From Hyperthermus butylicus DSM 5456 (lineage in GTDB: Archaea; Thermoproteota; Thermoprotei_A; Sulfolobales; Pyrodictiaceae): 32,000 nucleotides of DNA. The stretch is from positions 480,001 through 512,000 of the forward strand of contig NC_008818.1 of the NCBI RefSeq assembly GCF_000015145.1, in the 5' to 3' direction. How positions within the stretch are numbered: the first letter of the stretch is position 1; every line of letters begins with the position of its first letter. A program made the position numbers and the translations under genes. Below, piece after piece: positions 26,312 through 32,000 of this stretch. Below the pieces are notes generated by a model that was given only the letters and a program-made list of their open reading frames with translations, did no database searches and was not told the DNA's origin.

Positions 26312-27742
26312 TTAGCCTAGGGCGCCGTACTCGCTAAACTCGAGTTCGATTACCTTGGAGAGTATGCCGAATAGTTCCATGGGCAGGGTCCGGAGCACGC
26401 TCTGGATGAAGCCGAGCACTATCATGGCCTTAGCCTCGCCCTCGCTTAGGCCGCGGCTAGCCATGTAGAATAGCTGGTCTTCACCTAGCCTGCCTACGCT
26501 AGCTTCGTGTGTAACCTCAGCAGTAGGCTCGTTGACCTCGTTTCGGGGGTAGGTGTAGGCTTTGCTACGCTCATCAAGTATCAGGCTATCACACTGCACG
26601 TGGCTCACACTGCGGTAAGCGCCGCGGTTTACCCGGACCAGGCCCCGGTAAATGGAGAGGCCGCCATTGCTGGATATGCTCTTCGAGATTATGATGCTTC
26701 GTGTATCGGGAGCGGCATGTATCACCTTGCCCCCTGTATCCTTTATGTAGGGGCCATTGGCTATGGCTACTGAGACGTTGCGTGTTGAGGCTCCACGGCC
26801 GCGGAGTATGGTTGTTGGGTATGTGTAGGTTATCTTGCTCCCAATGCTCCCCTCTAACCACTCTACATGTGCACCCTCTTCGGCTATGGCGCGCTTATTG
26901 TTGAAATTTATGACATTCCTACTCCAGTTCTGCACGGTGTAGAAGTGCACTCGGGCGCCACGGTGAGCATAGATCTCAACCATGCCGTCGTGGAAGCTAA
27001 ACTTCTTGAGCATCGGGGCGGCACAGCCTTCTATGAACTCTATGTAGCTGTTCTCGCCCGCTATGAGGAGTGTGTGCTCGAACTGGCCCTCCAGCTCGCT
27101 GCCTATGAAGAAGAAGGCCTCGATGGGCTGTGTGAGCCTGATACCAGGCGGTACGTAGACGAAAGCGCCGCCGCTCCACAATGCGTGGTGTAGTGCGGCA
27201 AACTTGTGGTCGGAGGCGGGAAAGACACGGCCAAAGTATTGTTTAACCAGGTCGGGGTAGCGTTGCACAGCCTCCTCCATTGGGAGCAGTATAACGCCCT
27301 TCTCCTGGAGCTCCTTCTTTGTCAAGTTGAGCACGGTTTCGCTGTCGAAGACAGCTGTGAGTCCCGATAGCATCCGCTTCACCGCTTCTTGGAGCCCCAG
27401 CTTCGTGTAGTACTCCTTTATCCAGCCTGGGAGATCCTCCCAGCTCTCCGCCTTCTCCGCCTTAGGCTTCACATAGGCCGCTATCTCCTCCAGGTCTATC
27501 TCCTCGATGCCAACAACCCAACGGGGCATGGGTAGTTTGTAGAATAGCTCTAGGGCGCGAAGCCGGAGACGACGCATCCAGTCAGGCTCCTTCTTGACCC
27601 GTGATATTTCCTCTACAAGGCTTCTCTCAATACGGCCCCGTATCTCTATCTCCTTCGGGTAGGGCTTCTGGAAGCCCAGCAGCTCCTCAACACTACGAGC
27701 CTCAAGCAACTCCCTCATGGGTGCGGGACGCACACCAGCCAT
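26312..27742 (-). CDS. sufB: Fe-S cluster assembly protein SufB
   Basis: ORF 26312-27802; ATG 27742 downstream of sufC. YVPPGIRLTQPIEAFFFIGSELEGQFEHTLLIAGENSYIEFIEGCAAPM...HAAPDTRSIIISKSISSNGGLSIYRGLV...EPTAEVTHEASVGRLGEDQLFYMASRGLSEGEAKAMIVLGFI. Confidence 0.95.
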   Translation of the reverse strand: MAGVRPAPMRELLEARSVEELLGFQKPYPKEIEIRGRIERSLVEEISRVKKEPDWMRRLRLRALELFYKLPMPRWVVGIEEIDLEEIAAYVKPKAEKAESWEDLPGWIKEYYTKLGLQEAVKRMLSGLTAVFDSETVLNLTKKELQEKGVILLPMEEAVQRYPDLVKQYFGRVFPASDHKFAALHHALWSGGAFVYVPPGIRLTQPIEAFFFIGSELEGQFEHTLLIAGENSYIEFIEGCAAPMLKKFSFHDGMVEIYAHRGARVHFYTVQNWSRNVINFNNKRAIAEEGAHVEWLEGSIGSKITYTYPTTILRGRGASTRNVSVAIANGPYIKDTGGKVIHAAPDTRSIIISKSISSNGGLSIYRGLVRVNRGAYRSVSHVQCDSLILDERSKAYTYPRNEVNEPTAEVTHEASVGRLGEDQLFYMASRGLSEGEAKAMIVLGFIQSVLRTLPMELFGILSKVIELEFSEYGALG

Positions 27743-27758
27743 GACATGCCACCCCTTT

Positions 27759-28514
27759 TTACGCCTTGTCCTCCATGTAGGCTCGATAGCCTTCCTGTTC
27801 AATCCTCCTAGCCAGCTCTGGGCCGCCCTCGTCTACCACTCGGCCATTGACGAGTACCACTACGTGGCTAGGCTCGACAAACTGGAGAATCCTCGCATAG
27901 TGTGTTATCACGAGCACACCCGTCCCCTGCTCTACGAGTTCGCGGATAGCCTCTGCTATGACGCGGACACCGTCCACGTCAAGGCCGCTGTCCGGCTCGT
28001 CGAGGATAACGTAGCGGGGGCGGAGTAGGAGGAGCTGGAGCATCTCAGCTCTCTTCCGCTCGCCACCGCTAAAGCCCACGTTAACCTCTCTCTGCAGCAT
28101 CTCGGAGCGGAGTCCCAGCCTCTCAGCTAGCTCCCGAGCCTGCTTGTGTAGTTCGGGCCGTGGCATGCCTATAAGTCGCTCCTCGATGCCGAAACGCCGG
28201 TTATACGCAGCTGCGATGAAGCTGATTAGCCTGACACCAGGTATCTCGACAGGATTCTGGAAGCCAAGCATTAAGCCACGCCGAGCCCTCTCATGTGGAG
28301 GAAGGCTGGTGACGGGCTCACCGTCCAGTAGCACCTCTCCACTCTCAACACGATAGCGTGGATGCCCCATCAGTGTATAGGCTAGCGTAGTTTTACCACT
28401 ACCATTAGGGCCCATAAGCGCTATTATACTACCCTGAGGAACCTTGATATTTACCCCACGGAGGACGATTTTCCCTTCGGGACCCGCCACCAGATTCCTG
28501 GCCTCGAGCGCCAA
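27759..28514 (-). CDS. sufC: Fe-S cluster assembly ATPase SufC
   Basis: 251 aa; Walker A MGPNGSGKTTLAYTLMGHPRY, signature NVGFSGGERKRAEMLQLLLLRPRYVILDEPDSGLDVDGVRVIAEAI. Confidence 0.95.
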   Translation of the reverse strand: MALEARNLVAGPEGKIVLRGVNIKVPQGSIIALMGPNGSGKTTLAYTLMGHPRYRVESGEVLLDGEPVTSLPPHERARRGLMLGFQNPVEIPGVRLISFIAAAYNRRFGIEERLIGMPRPELHKQARELAERLGLRSEMLQREVNVGFSGGERKRAEMLQLLLLRPRYVILDEPDSGLDVDGVRVIAEAIRELVEQGTGVLVITHYARILQFVEPSHVVVLVNGRVVDEGGPELARRIEQEGYRAYMEDKA

Positions 28515-28583
28515 ACAACAACCCTGTCTTTATCAGGCGTTAAATACCGGTTATAAAGATGGCGACAGACCAAACTAGGCAGA

Positions 28584-28604
28584 AAACCAGCTAAAAGCTG
28601 GTTT
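28584..28604. repeat. Perfect 8-bp hairpin upstream of sufC
   Basis: AAACCAGC-TAAAA-GCTGGTTT. Confidence 0.5.
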
Positions 28605-28648
28605 AAGGTGGTGAAGGATGGAAGGAGAGACAAACGATGCTCTGGCTA

Positions 28649-28688
28649 GCGGCCGGATTCAACCCTGAGATCAGCGGCTTGGAAGACC
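28649..28688 (-). pseudogene. Degenerate 3'-part tRNA-Gly(TCC) copy (anticodon arm + variable + T arm)
   Basis: Aligns with 30657-30697 at 35 identities over 42 columns by hand, including GCGGCCGG and CGGCTTGGAAG; same orientation as the intact gene. Confidence 0.5.
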
Positions 28689-28957
28689 CATGAGTATTTA
28701 AGCTAATGTTTTGCTGTTGAAACGTGTTACGTGAAACCTGCCTCGCAGAGCAGACTGTCAGCTGTTCTCTGACAAGATGCTTCTTAATGCAGAAATGATG
28801 GAACTTGTTGTGGAGAAAGGGAAGCGAGGCTAGGTTGTGCTTGCATGTGCCTCTTGGTTCTAGGCTCAAAATTAAAGTTTGCATCTTGGACGCTGAGTGC
28901 TTGCCGAGATCAGCAATATAGGGTGTGCCACACACAAGCTAAAACTTGGGGTCCGCT

Positions 28958-30250
28958 ATGGAGAGGTATCCAGTGCTGACAGCTGATGGTAAAGTGGAGG
29001 GCTACGTGATCTCTTCAGTGGAGTTTAGTGTTATCTTCGATTCACAAGGGAACGGGCGCTCTTTTATGTGGGTTGACACCGAGAGAGCAATTGAAGTAAC
29101 GCCATTCATTGACAAGGGAGTTCTAAGAATTGGAAATACAGTAATCGAGTACGCGAGGCTTGTCGAGGACATACCGTGGCCTCTAGTCTACGTCGCCAAG
29201 GACTTCGAGCGCTACGTTGAATGGGTGGCCGAGAGATATGGCAGCATGCTAAGGGGCAAGAGTATCGTGGTGAACTACAGCGGCGGCAAAGACAGCACCT
29301 CGGTCATGGCCGTGATGGCCGCCCTTAGGGAAAAGGTGGACTTTGAGCTTAGAGCCATATACAGCTATGTCCCGTACCTTGAGCCTCCACGCAACATAGA
29401 CTTCGTTGAACGTGCCTCCAAGGTTCTGGGTGTCGAGGTTGATATTGTCGAGGCTAACCGGGAGCTTATGAAGAAGAGGCTGCTGGAGGACGGCATGCCA
29501 TACAGGGGCAAGAGGTGGTGCACCTACATGAAGCTTAGGCCAATAAAGGATGCCAAGAAGCTGCGCCGCCAGGATGTCACAGCTGACGGCGATAGGCTGA
29601 CCGAGGCTCTGAAGAGATTTGCAAGGCTTTACCAAATGTCGCCGCAGAAGCCGAAACTCTACGATGGAGGGGGGAGGATAAGGCCGATATACGTGTGGAC
29701 GCTGCTAGACATCGCGGCAAACGTACGTAGGCTGGGCCTGGTGCATCCCGACTACTACGAAGGCCTGCCTAGGGTAGCATGCATGGTGTGTCCCTACAAG
29801 GCCCTCCATGAGTTCTCGGAGGAGCAGCTAGACCTCCTAGAAGATCCCGGACTCGTGGAGTCTGCTATTAGGAGGAGCTACGAGAAGTATTACGCCAGCA
29901 TGGGCATAGAGTGGGAGGAGTTCCGTAGCCAGCACCTGTGGCGCCACCACCCCATAGTTGCCAAGAAGCTTCTCGAAGCCAAGAAGGAGCTTGAAAAAAT
30001 AGCTGAGAAGGAGGGCCTAGAGACCGTTACCAAGGATAAGGTTGACGGAATGTTCAAGAGCCTATGGACGAACCCTCTGCCCGAGGCTCCAGAAATAGAC
30101 CCAGAAGAGTCGGTCAAGGTTATAGGCAGCGTGGTCGAGAAGGCCTACAAGCAAGCCCTGCAGTTGTCGAGAGAAGCAACAAAGATAGTCATGGCCGAGC
30201 GCGGGCTGACAATCGACGAGCCGATAGGCTGTGCATGCGGCAGCGTGTAG
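28958..30250 (+). CDS. PAPS reductase / adenine nucleotide alpha-hydrolase-like protein
   Basis: ORF 28946-30250, likely ATG 28958; SIVVNYSGGKDSTSVMAVMAALREKV, MPYRGKRWCTYMKLRPI, VACMVCPYKALHEFSEEQL; C-terminal GCACGS. Confidence 0.85.
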   Translation: MERYPVLTADGKVEGYVISSVEFSVIFDSQGNGRSFMWVDTERAIEVTPFIDKGVLRIGNTVIEYARLVEDIPWPLVYVAKDFERYVEWVAERYGSMLRGKSIVVNYSGGKDSTSVMAVMAALREKVDFELRAIYSYVPYLEPPRNIDFVERASKVLGVEVDIVEANRELMKKRLLEDGMPYRGKRWCTYMKLRPIKDAKKLRRQDVTADGDRLTEALKRFARLYQMSPQKPKLYDGGGRIRPIYVWTLLDIAANVRRLGLVHPDYYEGLPRVACMVCPYKALHEFSEEQLDLLEDPGLVESAIRRSYEKYYASMGIEWEEFRSQHLWRHHPIVAKKLLEAKKELEKIAEKEGLETVTKDKVDGMFKSLWTNPLPEAPEIDPEESVKVIGSVVEKAYKQALQLSREATKIVMAERGLTIDEPIGCACGSV

Positions 30251-30649
30251 CAACACGGTCAAAGCCGCTACCTCCCTCTCAAGCCTCGGCTTCCCAACTA
30301 GCTTGGCCGGATACCTGACCCGCTCCCCTACCGTTCACCCACTAATCCACCCTAAGTGGTAAGGTGGGCAAGGTAACCTTCCAGCTAGTCGCACCATAAG
30401 GTGATGAACAACTAACACCAAGGGTGTTCATAACAGCTTGTTTTCATGATTCTCGGCCGCGAAACGTAGGATGCATAGCCTCGTTTCATGGTCTATCTTG
30501 CCAAGGTCTTGCCGGAAATACCATTTCACAAGAGAAGCCTTGCTTGATAATCCTAGTGGAATTCGCACACACTTATGTTTCGCATCCACGCGTGGCACAT
30601 GAAAGAATATGAATGCTAAGAGAATTCGAAAGGAGAGGATGTGTGGAAT

Positions 30650-30728
30650 TGGTGCGGCGGCCGGGATTTGAACCCGGGATCACCGGCTTGGAAGGCCGGC
30701 GTCCTAGTCCAGGCTAGACGACCGCCGC
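30650..30728 (-). tRNA. tRNA-Gly (anticodon TCC), CCA encoded, no intron
   Basis: Reverse strand: GCGGCGG TC GTCTAGCCTGGACTAGGAC G CCGGC CTTCCAA GCCGG TGATC CCGGG TTCAAAT CCCGG CCGCCGC A CCA; folds as a cloverleaf. Confidence 0.95.
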
Positions 30729-30797
30729 AACCGTGTTAGACGCTGAGTTTTAGGGTCCGGGTGTATTATTGGTTACTTGGCTGTGCTGACAAGAGGG

Positions 30798-30832
30798 TCT
30801 CCTTGACCGCCCTGCTGGGCGGGGTGAGGAGA
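30798..30832. repeat. Strong 12-bp hairpin between the two tRNA genes
   Basis: TCTCCT-TGA-CCGCCC-TGCT-GGGCGG-GGTG-AGGAGA. Confidence 0.6.
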
Positions 30833-30915
30833 GCCGGAAAAACTGAGCCGCATATACCTGGTCTGATTGTTGGTTAATGCTTAAGAGCCCCCTCCCGTAA
30901 GCTGTCTGTAATGGT

Positions 30916-30990
30916 GCCGCCGTAGCTCAGCGGGAGAGCGCCCGGCTGAAGACCGGGCGGTCCGGGGTTCGAATCCCCGCGGCGGCACCA
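30916..30990 (+). tRNA. tRNA-Phe (anticodon GAA), CCA encoded, no intron
   Basis: GCCGCCG TA GCTCAGCGGGAGAGC G CCCGG CTGAAGA CCGGG CGGTC CGGGG TTCGAAT CCCCG CGGCGGC A CCA. Confidence 0.96.
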
Positions 30991-31065
30991 GCCCCATTCT
31001 CCGGTCCACTTCTCCTCCCTGTCTGCGGTGGCTTCTTAGCTAGGAGATTGGTGGTGTTTCTGCCG

Positions 31066-31141
31066 GGCTGCTGGTGATGAGGACTTGCCCTTCGCGAGCC
31101 TTGCGGGGGCTGTGACGGCTACCGTGGCGGCTGAGGCAGCC
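31066..31141 (+). ncRNA. Box C/D guide sRNA (dual guide), predicted to target the 16S rRNA 530-loop region
   Basis: Terminal stem GGCTGC/GCAGCC; C box GTGATGA (31074-31080); D box CTGA (31131-31134); C'-like GTGACGG (31112-31118), exactly 12 nt before D; D'-like GCGA (31094-31097). D guide CTACCGTGGCGG pairs at 11 consecutive positions (one G-U) with archaeal 16S [12 protein letters not shown]. Confidence 0.75.
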
Positions 31142-31212
31142 TTAGACTTATAGAGGGGGGCTGGTGTTTCGGGCTGGCTGGGTGCTGGTATAGGGATGGC
31201 TATCTGCTGGGG

Positions 31213-31674
31213 GTGGTTGTGCTGAGCGAGCAGCAGTACCGTTACATTGTCCGGATACTCGGTACTGACATTCCGGGCGATCTGAAGGTACCCTATGGCC
31301 TAGCGCTGGTTAAGGGTATTGGTGTAAACCTAGCTTATGCTCTCTGCAGGCTTCTAGGTATTGATCCAAATAAGAGGATCGGATTTCTCACCGATGCCGA
31401 GATAGAGAAGATCGAGAAGGCAATGGCTAACCCATTAGCGATTGGTATCCCGGTATGGATGCTCAACAGGAGGAAGGACTACGAGACCGGTAAGGATCTA
31501 CATCTAGTGGGTGCTGACCTCATATATTACGTCAAGCGTGACATTGAGAGGGAGAAGAGGATAAGGAGCTGGAGGGGTATACGTCACGCTCTCGGCCTCA
31601 AGGTGCGTGGCCAGAGGACAGCCACAACTGGCCGTATTGGTATGACCATTGGTGTGAGGAAGGGCAAGAAGTAA
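31213..31674 (+). CDS. rps13: 30S ribosomal protein S13
   Basis: 153 aa; YRYIVRILGTDIPGDLKVPYGLALVKGIGVNLAYALCRLLG...SWRGIRHALGLKVRGQRTATTGR. Confidence 0.96.
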   Translation: MVVLSEQQYRYIVRILGTDIPGDLKVPYGLALVKGIGVNLAYALCRLLGIDPNKRIGFLTDAEIEKIEKAMANPLAIGIPVWMLNRRKDYETGKDLHLVGADLIYYVKRDIEREKRIRSWRGIRHALGLKVRGQRTATTGRIGMTIGVRKGKK

Positions 31675-31690
31675 TCTCGGGGTGTGAGCC

Positions 31691-32000
31691 GTGGGTGACC
31701 CGAAGAAGCCCCGTAAGAAGTGGATGGGTCCCAAGCACCCCTGGATTAAGGAGAGGCTTGTACGTGAGCTAGAACTGGTTGGTAGGTACGGGCTGCGTAA
31801 CAAGCGTGAGCTATGGAAGCTTGAGACTCTTGCTCGCTACTTCCGTCACCGTGCGCGTTCGCTGCTAGCTCTCCCACCCGAGGTACGTGAAAAGGAAGAA
31901 AAGGCACTGCTGGCAAGGCTTAATGAGCTAGGTGTGCTGCCGGAGAATGCAACGCTTGACGACGTACTGAACCTAACAGCAGAGCACTTCCTCGAGAGGA
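31691..32000 (+). CDS. rps4: 30S ribosomal protein S4, N-terminal part; continues off the right edge
   Basis: GTG 31691: VGDPKKPRKKWMGPKHPWIKERLVRELELVGRYGLRNKRELWKLETLARYFRHRARSLLAL. Confidence 0.93.
   Translation, partial: MGDPKKPRKKWMGPKHPWIKERLVRELELVGRYGLRNKRELWKLETLARYFRHRARSLLALPPEVREKEEKALLARLNELGVLPENATLDDVLNLTAEHFLER

Noticed and set aside
30402-30460. GTGATGA in the intergenic region after the PAPS-reductase-like gene as a possible C/D sRNA
   Set aside because: No CTGA D box within a plausible distance and no terminal stem; only a short AACACC-AAG-GGTGTT hairpin.
1-32000. Numerous antisense or alternate-frame ORFs in the track (e.g. 659-973, 1873-2082, 3505-3714, 6076-6282, 13941-14264, 21833-22105, 26589-26861)
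   Set aside because: They lie opposite or inside well-supported conserved genes; composition is consistent with shadow ORFs.
1-32000. CRISPR array, transposon, integrase, toxin-antitoxin or defense gene cluster
   Set aside because: No regularly spaced repeats, terminal inverted repeats with transposase, recombinase motifs, or recognisable defense proteins seen on either strand.

Overview
This 32 kb window looks like chromosomal DNA of a hyperthermophilic crenarchaeon. A Pyrodictiaceae/Desulfurococcales-type assignment is my inference from gene content and has not been tested. It is densely coding. Supported content: a ribose-1,5-bisphosphate isomerase-like gene (partial) beside an eIF2B-like paralog; a metal-site-degenerate amidohydrolase homolog; MoaB/Mog; a SagB-type nitroreductase; form III RuBisCO; a secreted C25 (gingipain-like) peptidase; phosphoglycolate phosphatase; CTP-type riboflavin kinase; two overlapping radical-SAM genes (possibly two-component lipoyl synthase); precorrin-2 dehydrogenase; a NusB-domain/NSUN m5C methyltransferase; a TrkH-type K+ transporter; an S9 peptidase; archease; a flavin-reductase-like protein; RtcB; SQR-like FAD oxidoreductase plus DUF1641; sufC-sufB-sufD; a PAPS-reductase-like protein; tRNA-Gly(TCC); tRNA-Phe(GAA); rpS13; and partial rpS4. 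I see no CRISPR array, transposase, integrase or obvious defense island, and no clear new multi-gene system. The most interesting signals are non-coding: (1) a canonical box C/D sRNA at 31066-31141 whose two guides appear to match adjacent sites at and just upstream of the 16S 530 loop; (2) a degenerate tRNA-Gly 3'-half about 2 kb from the intact tRNA-Gly, bracketing the PAPS-reductase-like gene; (3) a strongly structured, K-turn-like, H/ACA-like leader upstream of the NSUN methyltransferase; (4) weaker C/D-like or hairpin elements in other intergenic gaps.
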